Shown here: positions 22,716 through 36,622 of the stretch, one piece after another
How the letters are laid out: every line of letters starts with the position of its first letter
Numbering within the stretch: position 1 is the first letter of the stretch
Assembly (NCBI GenBank): GCA_951406725.2
Contig: OX597833.1
Coordinates: 47,988,001-48,052,000 of the forward strand
Origin: Octopus vulgaris
Taxonomy: Eukaryota
Length of the DNA stretch: 64,000 nt
Reading direction: 5' to 3'
Position numbers and translations under genes: made by a program
Notes under the pieces: generated by a model
What the model saw: the letters and a program-made list of their open reading frames with translations, nothing else
What the model was told of the DNA's origin: nothing
The model's database searches: none

Positions 22716-25429
22716 AGGGACACTTGAGAACGCTTTGTATTGTGCAGACAGAGCTCTTCCTTCCATTCCATGTCCACTATGCCCCCTAATTTGGCATAAT
22801 GTTCCAACTCTCCATTAGATACCGTGACAATATGTTCTGCTCACATTAAGATTGCTGTCAATTACTACCCACAGGCAGATTACATTTCTCAGAGTGAAAA
22901 TTCAAACAAGGTGGACTTACTTTCCAGTAATCTACTCAGGCATTCATCCTGACAAACCAACTGTTTACACTGCTGCAGCATTACTTTCTTCTACTGACCT
23001 TACTGGTGCAACCAGAAGTCAATTTTTAATGTTGAGATAGAAGTTTGTTTTCATAAGCATTAATCAAATCATCTATAGAAATTAAGTCAAAAGAGAGGCA
23101 AGCATTTTGCATTTAATGCATTGATGAATGGGAGATTGGAATATTGGCCTAAAAGTGCAACTTTGATGAATTTCCGATTAGGGCAGTTTTCAAGGCACTT
23201 TAGCAGTCCCTACATATTCTCATGAATTCCAGCTTCACACAGAGTTAGATATGTCAAGCTCCACCAAAAGCTCCTTGGATAATTAAATGCTTTAACATAT
23301 ACTTCCAGCTCTAAACACTAGTAATTATTTGATGTTTAAGAAGAGCAAGGCCAGCTGTGTGACCTAAAATTACTAATTCTGTTCAACATGCAAATACACA
23401 CAAACTTTATCTGTCTATGACTTTCAGGAGTTTTAACACCTAGCGCTTTGAGGGAGTCATCTCCATCATGCTAAACCACAGCTTACAAGCAAACAAGCAA
23501 GGCACAGCTGGCCCTTTGAAATACATGTACTACACATCTTTACCAGCTGAGAGGACTGTAGCAACATGAAATGAAGTGTCTTGCTCAAGGACACAATGCA
23601 CTGCCAATAATCAAACTCACGTCCTTACAATCATGAGCTGAAAACCCTAACAACTAAGCAACATACCTGGAAATGAACAACACTGCTTGCATGACAGTGA
23701 TGCTTGTTTACAACTATCACGATGTCAAAACGAGGGTACATGCAAACATACACCAACACACTTCTGTTATATGGCAATATTTGACCATCTTTCAACTCAC
23801 TGATGAGTGCCTTGATTCCCACAAAACCTTTTGTCCTCAGCCTGAGCCCCTGTCTGTATCATCTCTTGTCCTTGAAGACTTACTCTGGTACTCCATTGCT
23901 ACCATCTTACCTTCTTGGCTACTTACACCCTTATGTCATGCTACATATCTCCTGTAATAGCAAGGCACTTCTGCTTGTCCCTGGCATAAAACCATCTCTT
24001 ACCCATCTCAAATACTTCCTCCACTTAAGTTAGGGGAGCTTTTCCCTTCCAGTCTTACAAGTTATTTGGCAACCTTATTAATGTCAGTGGCATGAAAAAA
24101 ATAAAGTACACACTGTAAAGTGGTTGGCATTAGGAAGGACATTCAGCCATAGAAACCATGCCAAAGCTGACAGGGACATGAAGCAGCCCTGTGGCTCATT
24201 GGATCCTCTCAAACTATCCAACCACGCCAGTATGGGAAACGGATGTTAAGCCATGATGCGTACATAGAGTATTCTGAATATTTAAATAACAGATGAATTA
24301 TGTATGTGCATACATGCACACATACGTTCATTATTCACAAAAAATTCTATTCTACTTTCAACATATATAATCTTGAAAATTACATGTAGTATTTGAACAA
24401 AAGATAAAAAAAACAGTAAAGCTAGTTATTAGAATAAACATTTTAGATATAAATATAAAAATTAGTCAAAGGACTAATTTAATATTGGCAAATAAAAATA
24501 ATGAAATAATTTCACTTCAGAAAGACTTCTTTCAAAGTCAATCATTTATTAATTATAAGCAATCAAATGGGTGATTTTTTTTTAATAATGTAAAGTGTTC
24601 AGCCATAGTATTACACAATATTACTAAAATTTTCCTCAAACAAAGCTCTATAATTATATATACAAATGTTCCAATTTATTCTGCTCATCAGAACAACCCA
24701 ACATTTTAGATTTGATGGTGAAATGATAGCTTAATGGTAGCTATCATTAAACAGAGTTTAAATTCTACTTAAGTTGATTTAGTCTGTTCAACATCAAATT
24801 TTTTTAAAATTATCTAAAAAAGAAACCAAACAAAGAAATGCATTAGACTTTCTTAAAAGAAAAAAATTAAATAAAAAGGAAAATTTTTACTAATCAAAAA
24901 ATAAGAAAAGAAAATTTCAAATCTGTCAGATTTTCTTTCCTGCCATTCTTCAACAAATTCCAATTTATCTATTTCCAAATTGATTCTTTCCAAATGGGAA
25001 ATATACAAATTGACATTTATTATTCTGTCACCATTAATATTTTCAATGTCTAGTGATTAACAGATACTGGAACTGAACTATTTCAATACAAAGTTGTATG
25101 CAATTCATTAAAAAGTTGTTTTCTCACCCTATTCCACCCTACTTTCAGTAAAAGGTTATTATTTATTAATTTTATTTAATTTTCATTTTTTTCTATTTTT
25201 GCGATCTGCAAACAATAACCATTGTTGGCAACAGGTTTACAACAAGTGAATCACTAGTTTCGCAACATTTCTAATGAGAGTCTCTAACTCAATGCAAGAC
25301 ACCATTTAATAAAGCATCACTTTCCATAGAATTGCACTGCACTTGGGCTTTTGGGAAGAAATGGGGCATGAATGGGGTTTGAAGCAATCCCAAGTAAATC
25401 TCATTACTGTATTGAGATAAATCCAGCTG

Positions 25430-25840
25430 CATTATCATCGCCATTTTAATGCTTGCATGGGTTAGATAGAATTTATTGAGGTAGATTTTCTATGGCTGGA
25501 TGTTCTTCTTATCATTAACCCTCACCTGTTTCCCAGCAAAGTAATATTTCTTTGCGGCCAGACATGCTTTTGCAGAATATTGGAAATGAATGACGATGTT
25601 TAGCTGACAGGAACATTTATTTACAACCATCATGCAATGTCAAGACAAGGAGATGTGTGTGTATGTGTGTCAACATTCACACACACACAAAATAGACTTC
25701 TTTCAGTTTCCATCTACAAACCCCATTCACAAGGCTTTGGTCGGCCTGGGACTATAGTAGAAAACACCCAAGATGTCATGCAGTGGGACTGAATCTGTAA
25801 CCGTGTAGTTGTAAAACAAGCTTCTCAGTTACACAGCTTG
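25430..25840 (-). mobile_element. SINE family D (A-type head, RTE-type tail)
   Basis: Head at 25700-25840; tail GGAAACAGGTGAGGGTT...CCCATGCAAGCAT. Confidence 0.75.
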
Positions 25841-27460
25841 GTTTGAAAGCATTAAGGACATCGAAAAAGCATGATCTCAAAAGAAAAACAGCCAGATGCT
25901 GCACAAATGACTATTGGTTACAACTCTGTGAAGACAGTCAATACTCATTTGACACAGGAAACAACTGTGGAAGGGATTAAGAAAGCCATCAGCTCAACTC
26001 AAAATAAGACAACAAGACAGAAAATCATAACAAGGAAGCACATGTAAGATAAAGATACATTAATGAAATGTGGCATAGGAGGAAGACAAAGGAACATATG
26101 GAAAACAGGAAGAGGACACAGACACACTCAATCCCTCATCAGTTATTGATCAAATATCATCACAATTTCATCACCTGGTATTATTGTTCAATTTGGTGGT
26201 GTTGGCAACATATGATGCTGGGATATAAATGAGAGGACAAGAAAGATGAAAAAAAAAACCCAGAAAACGTAGGACAAGTAAAGTAACAAGAAAAGACAAG
26301 GTCTCTAGAATAAACAGTGAAAAGGATGAGTTATGAGGAGAAATGGAAAAATGTTAAAATGAAAAATAGATAAATAAGCAATGGCAGAGAAAACAACAAA
26401 CAAACATAGACAACAGAGAGATATTGGTACCACTTTAACATGCCATCTGCTGCACCATTCACAATCTAGTATGCAACCTTAATTTTGTATGCAACCTAAC
26501 TCAAAACCAAATCTAGTCATTTCACATCATAGACTATGGATACTGTGATAGACTCCACAATAAAGTAGCACCAAGGTATCTGTATACATGAGATAAAGAT
26601 AAGCAGATGGGGAATTAGGTGGAATACTACTGCTCTAAATTATACTCCACAGAAAACTACATCTCAGATAATATGCTAGACACCATGGAATGTTTGTCCA
26701 TTGTAAGGGAACCGGATGCTTGCTTACTACTAAAGAGCTGAGTAAAGCCATTAACAGCTTGTCTACTAGCAAGGCACTTAGGATTGGATGACATTCCATT
26801 AAAAGTCAACATGTGTGCTGTTAAAATCTCAACACCAACTACTGTGTCAGTGTTGGAAATAAGGAGCAATGCTGTAAAATATGAGAGTTTTCAACATTGT
26901 CACCCTGCATAAAAAGGAAAGGGAGAGAACCAACTATAACAATTACAGGGAAATCTCTTTGCTGAACATTGTTGGGAAAGCCTTCATTTGTGTCAGCTTG
27001 AACAAACTGCAGAAAATTGATGAGATAGCATATAACTAGCCTTGGTGTGATTTCAGGTAATAGCACTCCACAGTCGACATGGTTATCTCCTTTCAACAAC
27101 TACAAGAGAAATGTAGAGTAAAAGCAACCATTCTATGTCACTCTGGTTAGATTCATAAAGGTTTTCAATCTAGTGCAGTGGTCCATATAAGATTTTTGGG
27201 CGTCCATACAATAAAATAGTAAATTAGGGGTCACAATAGTATTTTAATAGCCCCTGAAAAAATTTTGCTTTAGATGTATGTGTTGGTATGTATTGCAAGA
27301 AGCAGCTGGGTTTCTTCCTCTTACATTTTACATAGTTCAACCTGCACAAGTCAGTGGGTGAAAAACAAAATAGGAACTTTGAGAGTTTCTATAAAACTAG
27401 TTTTTAGACATCAAATGGCTATGGAGGTCCACCAAAGTAAAATGGTAATCAAAGGGGTCC

Positions 27461-27684
27461 ATACTCTTTTACTTGTTTCAGTCATTTGACTGTGGCCATG
27501 CTGGAGCACTACCTTTAGTCGAGCAAATCAACCCCAGGATTTATTCTTTGTAAGCCTAGTACTTATTCTATTGGTCTCTTTTGCCAAACCGCTAGGTTAC
27601 GGGGACATAAACACACCAGCATCGGTTGCCAAGTGATGTTGGAGGGACAAACACAGACACAGAAACATACACACACACACATAC

Positions 27685-27721
<37 letters not shown>

Positions 27722-28031
27722 TGGAGTAAACACATAAATGTGAAACAAGGTGGAAAAAAGAGTACTCAAATACCAGTGGTAGAGTAATATGCTTTATTTA
27801 AAGCAGCAGAAAATATAACAAAACCTGTTACTCTGAGTTTTGCATTGCCGTTCATCGGACAGTTCTTTACATATATATGATGGGCTTCTTTCAGTTTCCG
27901 TCTACCAAATTCACTCACAAGGCTTTAGTCAGCCCGAGGCTATAGTAGAAGACACTTGCCCAAGGTACCACGCAGGGGGACTGAACTTGGAACCATGTGG
28001 TTCGTAAGCAAGCTACTTACCACACAGCCAC
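27461..28031 (-). mobile_element. SINE family A nested in the hAT MITE
   Basis: Family homology; insertion 27721-27868 within its TA tract. Confidence 0.9.
27721..27868 (-). mobile_element. Penelope-like pLTR remnant with decayed minimal hammerhead (27825-27862)
   Basis: CUGU CCGAUGA ACG-GCAA-UGC AAAAC UCAGA GUA ACAG, followed downstream by AATAAA. Confidence 0.6.
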
Positions 28032-28899
28032 AAAAAATAGTTGAAAATCCCTGATCTAGTGAGTGACAACAGATTTTAAACACCTCATCAGGATTGGCTG
28101 TATTCCAAGATTCCTTGGAATGGTCCAGTCTTCCACAGACATTGAAGAGGTCATTCAGAGATGTTCAACATACTCAGTGATGTGAAGCAGAACTGCATGC
28201 TTTCCTCCATCCTGTTCAGTATCTTCACAGACATGCTGAAGCATATCTTTGGAATATGAACTGATGGTATCTACCTTTGCAGCAGATCAGACAGGAGGTT
28301 GCTCAGGTTGAGGGTGAACACCAAAGTAGATGAATCACTAATCAAGGACATGTTCTTTGTAAACAACATAGCACTAAATACATTCTGCTGAGCAGCTACT
28401 CAAGAACCAACCAAGACATCAACTTGACCATCAGCTTGAAGAAGACAAAAGTGTTGGGCCAAGGAACTGTTTATTCTCTGCCATTACTATCAACAATTAC
28501 AAACTGGAAGTGGTTCTTGAGTTCACATGCCTGGGCTTCATCATCACAGACAACTTCTGCCTAAAATCTGGGAGAACAATAAGCTAATAATGCACACCAA
28601 TGGTGCAGTTTATAGAGCTTATGTCATTAGCAAACTGCTTCAAGTCATTAAGACCTGGAACCACTAATCGACAGAAGAACAAGGTCTTGATTCCTTCCAC
28701 CTCTGTAGCCTGTGATGCATACTGGGTAATTTGTGAACTGACCAAATCACCAATAAGGTCCTGACTCTTGCCCAAATACTCAACCTCTTCTGCCTGCTTC
28801 AATAATAACTTTGCCGGCTGGACCACACACTCCAGATGCCAGATGGGAGGATACTAAAAGACTATGAAGAGCTGGCAACCAGAAAGCACAAAGGCAATG

Positions 28900-29090
28900 C
28901 ATATAAGATGCACATTTTACAAAAAAAAAATTTTTTTTTTTTTAATCTAAAGAAAAAATTTCAAAAAAATCATATTGGGTCTGATGTGTGAAGTTGGGCC
29001 TCTCATAAGTTTTAAGCACTAAAAACATTTTTTGTTCCTGAATATGTGATGCTGAAATTGGGGTGCGTCTTTTATGCCATCAAATATGGC
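28900..29090. mobile_element. pogo/Tigger-like MITE remnant
   Basis: TATAAGATGCAC...GTGCGTCTTTTA subterminal inverted motifs. Confidence 0.5.
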
Positions 29091-29533
29091 GCTTTGCCTG
29101 GACTTTTTTCTTTTATATTTTGTCCTCATCTTTCCGCTCTCCATCTACATTCCAGAGAAGGGTAATATCTAAAACATGAGAATAAATTCTTTCCACTTTT
29201 TCGAGTGTCAAACTAATAATTCTGATCATAAACCTACCCCATTTATATATATTTTTTATGCTATGTGTGTGTGTTTTACAAAATACTGCCAGCTAAGAAC
29301 AAAAATAGTGCTGAATTTAAATGGCAACTTAGGTAATCTGTAGAATATAGAACCATAAAATAAGTACCAGACTGAAATATATACTAGTGTTGCTATGATC
29401 AACTAAAAACCAATGTAGGCAGTGTGCCAGCATGGCTAGTCAGTGAGTGAAACCACTAAAAGAAAATGTGTATGTTCACACCTGAACATGTATATATTCA
29501 TAATCACTACAAATATTAAAACTATATATAAAA

Positions 29534-29929
29534 CTAGCAGTATTGCCCGGTGTTGCTCGGGTTTGTTTCCTTTTCGAATTGGAATTTTTGAAAAGTAAAA
29601 ATTTTGCATTATGTAGCTTGTTATTCTCTTTAAGTGAACATTTTTCAGGTTGAAATACACCGAAAAATGGCGATACAGCAGTCAAAAAATTGTAAAAAAA
29701 TAGGGATTTTCATAGAAAAAAAGCACCTTTTTGATGTAAATAATTTTGGGTCTTAACATGGTCCGATTTGAATTTTTTCTTCTACAGAATGAAGAGTAAG
29801 CCTTCTTCTATCATACTCTCAATTTTGGTCAACTTGTGCCGCAGGGTCTCGGAGGAGATAGTGTTAGTTGAAGGCTACCAAACCTGCCACACATAGACAA
29901 CTTCAACTTTATATATATATAGAGAGAGA
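29534..29929 (-). mobile_element. Non-autonomous Helitron, subfamily 1
   Basis: 5' TC, 3' CCCGAGCAACACCGGG hairpin and CTAG|T. Confidence 0.82.
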
Positions 29930-30842
29930 TTATGGCAAACAATGATATTGGAAAGAAAAACCCATCCTAATATTCATACCAAATTCTGCTTTGAAAGTAA
30001 TTTTAGTTAAAAAAAAAGATGAAAATAATTGAGGTAATTATATTAAGCAATTTATCAATAAATGTGAGAATTTATTTTTATTTTTTAATTTTATTTTTGC
30101 AAAACCTATTAAAAACCGAAATGGTTTGCTTTTATTTTGCAACATATAATATAATAGCTGACATTTGATATGTTTACAGAAAACATCCAAACATATTCTA
30201 CGCTGCCATCTAAGAGTCAATGCTATATTTTACACAGAAACATATCACACCCTGCTTTCAAAAATCAATACGGCATATAACGATTAACAGATGGATGAAA
30301 TATTCATAAAAACAATGAAACGTTCAGTCAACTAATTATCATGTTGGGATGGATAGAATAGAATACTATGTTACATATAGATAAAATTGAAAAAAAAGAA
30401 AAAAAAATTTAATTTGTAATGCATTGATAATTATTCAATTAGTCATTATTATATTACAACACAGATTCTATAGTTTTTAATATGAAACACATTCAACATC
30501 TTTATATATACTTTTAAACACTTTATCCAAAAACCACACACATATCCATACTGTCAATAATGACACTGAGTTAATTGTATATATATTAAAATGATAATGA
30601 AAAAATATTTAAGATACAGAAAAATATATGAATGTTTTATACACATACAGACACATATGTCTAGATTTTACAGACATGCACGCACACATATATAAACAGC
30701 TTCCAACTTCACATACAAGGGAATTGGTTGGCTCAGGGCTATAGTAGAAAATAATTACTCATGGTGCAGTGAGATTGAAGCCCCCCCAATCACAAGATTG
30801 TGAACTAAGTTTCTCAACTGCACAGCCATGCTGGCATGATTT

Positions 30843-30894
<52 letters not shown>

Positions 30895-30898
<4 letters not shown>

Positions 30899-31054
30899 TA
30901 AAAACGGTAAGATAACAAAAGAAAGAAAGAGACCTCAATATTATGTAAATAGAGGAAATTTATCTGTAAAATAATGTGACAATTATTTCGGTAGCCAAGA
31001 TAAAACTCTGAGTTTGGGATGCCGAAACTCAGAGTTTTATCTTGGCTATCGAAT

Positions 31055-31060
<6 letters not shown>
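30895..31060 (-). mobile_element. Penelope-like pLTR remnant with short inverted duplication inside (TA)n
   Basis: TTCGGTAGCCAAGATAAAACTCTGAGTTT...AAACTCAGAGTTTTATCTTGGCTATCGAA; shares AAACTCAGAGT with 27825. Confidence 0.55.
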
Positions 31061-31128
<68 letters not shown>

Positions 31129-31955
31129 CAGATGGCTATTATCACTTTAATGCCTACATTTCCATGCTTGTATGGATCAATTGAAACTTTGTTGAGACAG
31201 AATTTTCTACAATTGGATGTCCTTCCTTACACTAACCCTCACCTGTTCTTAGCAAAGTAGTAATCACCTAGTTAGTCGATCAGGTAGTTATGAAATCCTC
31301 CCTATGGTGAAACATCTCTTTCTTTCTTTCACTCGCTCACTCACTCTCTCTCTCTCTCTGTTTGTGTGTATGCGTATATATACATATATACACACACATG
31401 TACATATACATATAAAGACTGGAATTTATGATGATATTTTTAATTCTGTACTTAGAATTGATTCATTACAACATAAATATATTTTATGAACATAAATATT
31501 AATAATATGAATACAATGATTCATAATATAATAATACATATATGTACATACATTATCACTTTGTACCTGTGTGCAATTCATCGACTTAGTCTCAAAAATA
31601 ACAGAACATATATATATATATATATATATATATCACAATAGGGCTGATATTAACAGATAAAATAGGAGCTATCTTGCTTGTTTTTAAACTATAAACACAC
31701 CCAGGGCAAGTTTTTTGCTGCCTTGTTGCAAAGATAATATCTAGTTTTCACACCTTACTATATTACATATGTGGAGACTACTGTATGTAGTCAATTTATG
31801 ATATTACTATATTACATATGTGAGACTACTGTATATTTAGTATGCAGAACACTCCCCTCAGGTACTTTCTCACAGCCCGTACTGTTGATAGTCATAATCA
31901 GTGTCACTAAATACACTCTATTTTTATTTACAGGTGAAATTACATTGTAATGATA

Positions 31956-32360
31956 TACTCTTTTACTTGTTTCAGTCATTTGACTGCGGCGATGCTGGAG
32001 CACCGCCTTTAATCGAGCAACTCGACCCTGGGACTTATTCTTTTGTAAGCCCAGTACTTATTCTATCGGTCTCTTTTGCCAAACCGCTAAGTAACGGGGA
32101 CATAAACACACCAGCATCGGTTGTCAAGCAATGCTAGGGGGACAAACACAGACACACAAACACACACATATATATATATATATATATACATATATACGAC
32201 AGGCTTCTTTCAGTTTCTGTCTACCAAATCCACTCACAAGGCATTGGTCGGCCCGGGGCTATAGCAGAAGACACTTGCCCAAGATGCCACGCAGTGGGAC
32301 TGAACCCGGAACCATGTGGTTGGTTAGCAAGCTACTTACCACACAGCCACTCCTGCGCCT
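31956..32360 (-). mobile_element. SINE family A, full length, young
   Basis: Family homology. Confidence 0.95.
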
Positions 32361-32624
32361 ATATAATCGGTAAAAGAAATTAATTGCAATAAAAAAATTC
32401 ATTATGATAGAGCAAGAAACACCTCATAAAAGCAATTTATTCTTTGTGAACATGTTAAAAATATGCAGATGGCACAGGCATAACTGTGTAGTTAAAACTG
32501 TATTTTTTTAACTGTAGTTAAAATTGTATTTACACAGGTATAACTGTGTAGTTAAGAAGCTCATTTTGCAACCATGTGGTTTCAGGTTTAGTTCTACTGC
32601 ATAGCACCTTGGGCATGTGTCTTC

Positions 32625-32995
32625 ATATTTCTTTATTGCCCACAAGGGGCTAAACACAGAGGGGACAAACAAGGACAGACAAATGGATTAAGTCGATCAC
32701 ATCGACCCCAGTGCGTAACTGGTACTTAATTTATCAACCCCGAAAGGATGAAAGTCAAAGTCGACCTCGGTGGAATTTGAACTCAGAACGTAACAGCAGA
32801 TGAAATAGCCATTTCTTTACTACCAACAAGGGGCTAAACACAGAGAGGACAAACAAGGACAGACAAACGGATTACGTCGATTATATCGACCCCAGTGCAT
32901 AACTGGTATTTATTTAATCGGCCCCAGTGCATAACTGGTACTTATTTAATTGACCCCGAAAGGATGAAAGGCAAAGTCAACCTCGGTGGAATTTG
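32625..32995 (-). mobile_element. SINE family M, internally duplicated form
   Basis: Two tandem central-domain/tail units, as at 37258. Confidence 0.85.
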
Positions 32996-33924
32996 ATGGG
33001 GCGGACGTAATATTTATTACATGGTAAAAAGAAAGTTAGTTGAAGGTAGTGATATAGAGGAGATTTAGAAATACAATTTCAGCAGAGTGGTGATATTCTG
33101 ATGGTAAGGAGAGAGAAAGAGAGAGAGATTATGATGATGGTGGAGATTGTGTATGCAAATTGAAATGTGTATTGGCTCTGATCCATTGTCTCGGCTTATA
33201 TGTTACCAAGGATGTGATTTTCAGAGTATGTTGCATTAAATTTTTGCCCCCATGAAATTGTGACCCCTATATTTTCCATCTAAAATAAATTCTTTATTAC
33301 TATAGAAATTATGGTTTTCTAGGTATGAAATTGTGACCACATATATTTTTAAATGTAACGTTTTTTTTGTTTTGTTTTTTTGTTCTATGAGTCCTGTGTA
33401 TTAAATCTATAAAATTGTGCATAAAGTATATAAATAAAAGTGCATTAAGTAATCACCGTATTCCAATTTCCTTCACTTTTCAATGATTAGCAGATGAGTG
33501 ACTGTTTGATAAAAATACAACAACACTAGATTCACTTTCAGGTTTTTGGATAAAGTTTTAAAAAATAACCCAATAGGTTTACTACGGAATTCATGAAACA
33601 TTCACGGGTCCCACTAGTTTATATTAATTTTGAAAATTATGTGGATGTTAGTAGGATAATTTTGCCATTATTAATATGATGTCTCAAACATAAATTAACA
33701 TGACATTTTGATGAAAGATTTTAATTTAGATCAAATAGGTTGAAGAAGTGCCAGGACATTCGCTTAGAAGACCAAGGAAAATATGCAGAAATGGTGAAGG
33801 CTAATCTTAGGGAACTGAACTTTTGACAAAGAGGTTGACAAAGGAATGCAACAAGTGGCAGGATGCTGTGTTGGAGAGGACCTGTTCCAACCTATCCAAG
33901 CATGGGAAAATAGTAAAAAAAGGT

Positions 33925-34316
33925 GGCGAAGGAGTGGCTGTGTGGTAAGTAGCTTGCTAACCACATGGTTCCGGGTTCAGTCCCACTGTGTGGCATCTTG
34001 GGCAAGTGTCTTCTGCTATAGCCCCGGGCCGACCAATGCCTTGTGAGTGGATTTGGTAGACGGAAACTGAAAGAAGCCTGTCGTATATGTGTATATATAT
34101 GTGTGTGTGTGTGTGTCTGTGTTTGCCCCCCTAGCATTGCTTGGCAACCGATGCTGGTGTGTTTACGTCCCCGTCACTTAGCGGTTTGGCAAAAGAGACC
34201 GATAGAATAAGTACTGGGCTTACAAAGAATAAGTCCCAGGGTCGATTTGCTCGACTAAAGGCGGTGCTCCAGCAGGGCCACAGTCAAATGACTGAAAAGA
34301 GTAAAAGAGTAAAGAG
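33925..34316 (+). mobile_element. SINE family A, young
   Basis: Family homology. Confidence 0.93.
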
Positions 34317-34789
34317 ATGATGATACATACATATACAAGCACATACACACATACCTTACTTGGAAACAGGTGAGGGTGAACAGCGGGAAGAGCATTCAGC
34401 TGTAGAAAATTGAATCAATAAACACCATTTGTCTCATGGAAAAGTTGATGTTAAAAATGATGATGATGATACACATGGATGTATACATGTCTATGTATAT
34501 ACATACTCAATTCATACATCACTTCATCGATCAGGATATCACATGGGCTTCCTTGCACTGTTGTAGCTTTTGAATTATGTCACCCCACTGACTACACAGG
34601 CAGGACAACATTAATCACACTTGAATGGAAGAAACATCAGACACCCATTTTCAGCTGAGTGAACTGGAACAATGTGAAATGGAGTGTCTTGCTCAAGAAC
34701 ACAACACACTACCAATGTGGAAATTAAAGCTATGATCTTGCAATCATGAATTCAGTACCCTAACGACTTCACATCATACACAAACATAC

Positions 34790-34905
34790 ATATTCATAAC
34801 CACTTCACATTATACACACACATACACACATATTCATAACCACTTCACATTATACACACACACACACATATTCATAACCACTTCACATTATACACACACA
34901 CATAC
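34790..34905. repeat. ~40-bp tandem repeat x3 (TATTCATAACCACTTCACATTATACACAC...)
   Basis: Direct repeats visible. Confidence 0.85.
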
Positions 34906-35468
34906 ATATTATGTTTGATCAATTGACTAACAGGCAAATAGACAGACAGATGATAGACAAACATGTTCATACACATATATATATATATATAAGCATATAC
35001 ACATTTAGAAACATATAGATACTTACACAGATGAAACTTATAGAGCCATTTTTTTTTTCCTTTAAACAAAAAGATGCCCTTCCTGATACCAAGCTTTGCA
35101 TTTGCCTAGACACTAACAGAGGCCATGTCTATTTGTGGAAGAAAATTTTTTCAGTCTCTGACCTTGTCCAATCACTTAAACCGTACAATTCTATGTAGGT
35201 TAGTCACATGAATGTAATTTGAAAAAATAAACAAATAAAAAATTAAAATAAAAATGAATGCAAAAAAAAAAGAGAGAGACTAATGTTCTTGTTTCTCATT
35301 GAAGAAAATTGATCTACAAAATGTAAGAAGTCAACTCTCTTCAAGACAAACACATTATCTGATTTTACAAATTTCATTGAAAGTTATTTTGTTTACTTAA
35401 TTGTTGGTAGCACAGGGTCTAGCACAAGGATCCAGAAGGATATATACACACACACACACACACATACA

Positions 35469-35632
35469 TATAATAATAATAATAATAATAATGATGATGA
35501 TGATGATGATGATGATGAGAGGAGGAGGAAGAAGAAGAAGAAGAAGAAGAAGAAGAAGAAGAAGAAGAAGAAGAAGAAGAAGAAGAAGAAGAAGAAGAAG
35601 AAGAAGAAGAAGAAGAAGAAGAAGAAGAAGAA
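35469..35632. repeat. Compound trinucleotide microsatellite (TAA)n(TGA)n(GGA)n(AGA)n
   Basis: Visible; abuts the tail of a family M copy at 35635-35820. Confidence 0.95.
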
Positions 35633-35899
35633 TCGTTTCTACGAAAGGCACAAGGCCTGAAATTTTGGGGGTAGGGGACTAGTTGATTACATCAACTGCA
35701 GTGTTTCACTGGTACTTAATTTATCAACCTCAGCAGAATTTGAACTCAGAATGTAAAGACGGACAAAATGCCACTAAGCATTTTGCCTGGCGTGCTAACA
35801 ATTCTGCCAGTTCACTGCCATAATAATAATAATAATAACAACAATAACAATAACAACAACAACAACAACAACAATAATAATAATAATAATAATAATAAT

Positions 35900-36197
35900 G
35901 GCTTTGTTGGTTATGACAACAAGGGTTCCAGTTAGTCTGATCAACAGAACAGCCTGCTCGTGAAATTAATGTACAAGTGGTTGAGCACTCCACAGACATG
36001 TGTACCCTTAATGTAGTTCTCAGGGAGATTCAGCATGACACAGAATGTGACAAGGCCAGCCGTTTGGATTACAGGCACAACTCATTTTTGCCAGCTGAAT
36101 GAACTGGAGCAGCAGGAAAATAAAATGGCTTGCTCATGGACACAAAAGATCACCAGGAATTGAACTCATGACCTTATGATCATGAGATGATTACCCT
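35900..36197 (-). mobile_element. SINE family C, alternative-tail variant
   Basis: Homologous to 6490-6820. Confidence 0.78.
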
Positions 36198-36214
36198 CGC
36201 TAGCTACTAACCCT

Positions 36215-36378
36215 TTTTGTATTTTCTCTCTCAGTTTATTTCTGTGTTCCTTTCTGTTGAAGAGCATAGGCTCGAAACATAAAAGACTTTCTCACTTCCT
36301 GAGTGTTAAACTAATACATCTGTTTGTTGTTTATACACCCGTCTTCGTCTTGTTCTTTTGTAAATTCTCATTATGTAT
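36215..36378 (+). mobile_element. Penelope-like remnant with degenerate hammerhead-like motif (36250-36285)
   Basis: CUUU CUGUUGA A GAGC-AUAG-GCUC GAAAC AUA AAAG next to (TA)n; a more decayed relative lies near 29130-29220. Confidence 0.45.
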
Positions 36379-36428
<50 letters not shown>

Positions 36429-36524
36429 CGATCGACCAGACCATCAGATGTTGTTACACATCGCTGGTCACAATGCGTTTGCATTGTTTTAGCCTTTGAA
36501 TGACGCCACCCCGCTGGCTAAGTG

Positions 36525-36565
<41 letters not shown>

Positions 36566-36590
36566 CACACAAATATATGTATTCTTACAT

Positions 36591-36622
<32 letters not shown>

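Larger units (their letters stand above)
27176..28053. mobile_element. hAT-type MITE with 8-bp TSD
   Basis: TSD ATCTAGTG at 27168-27175 and 28054-28061; ends CAGTGG.../...GTTGAAAATCCCTG. Confidence 0.8.
26600..28890 (+). mobile_element. Decayed RTE-BovB-type LINE reverse transcriptase region, split by nested insertions
   Basis: Fragments TLHKKKG.R..NNYREISLLNIVGK, STVDMVIS..QLQEKCRV, FIKVFNLVS, VKQNCMLSSILFSIF, IKDMFFVNN, LTISLKKTKVLGQ, with frameshifts and stops. Confidence 0.85.
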
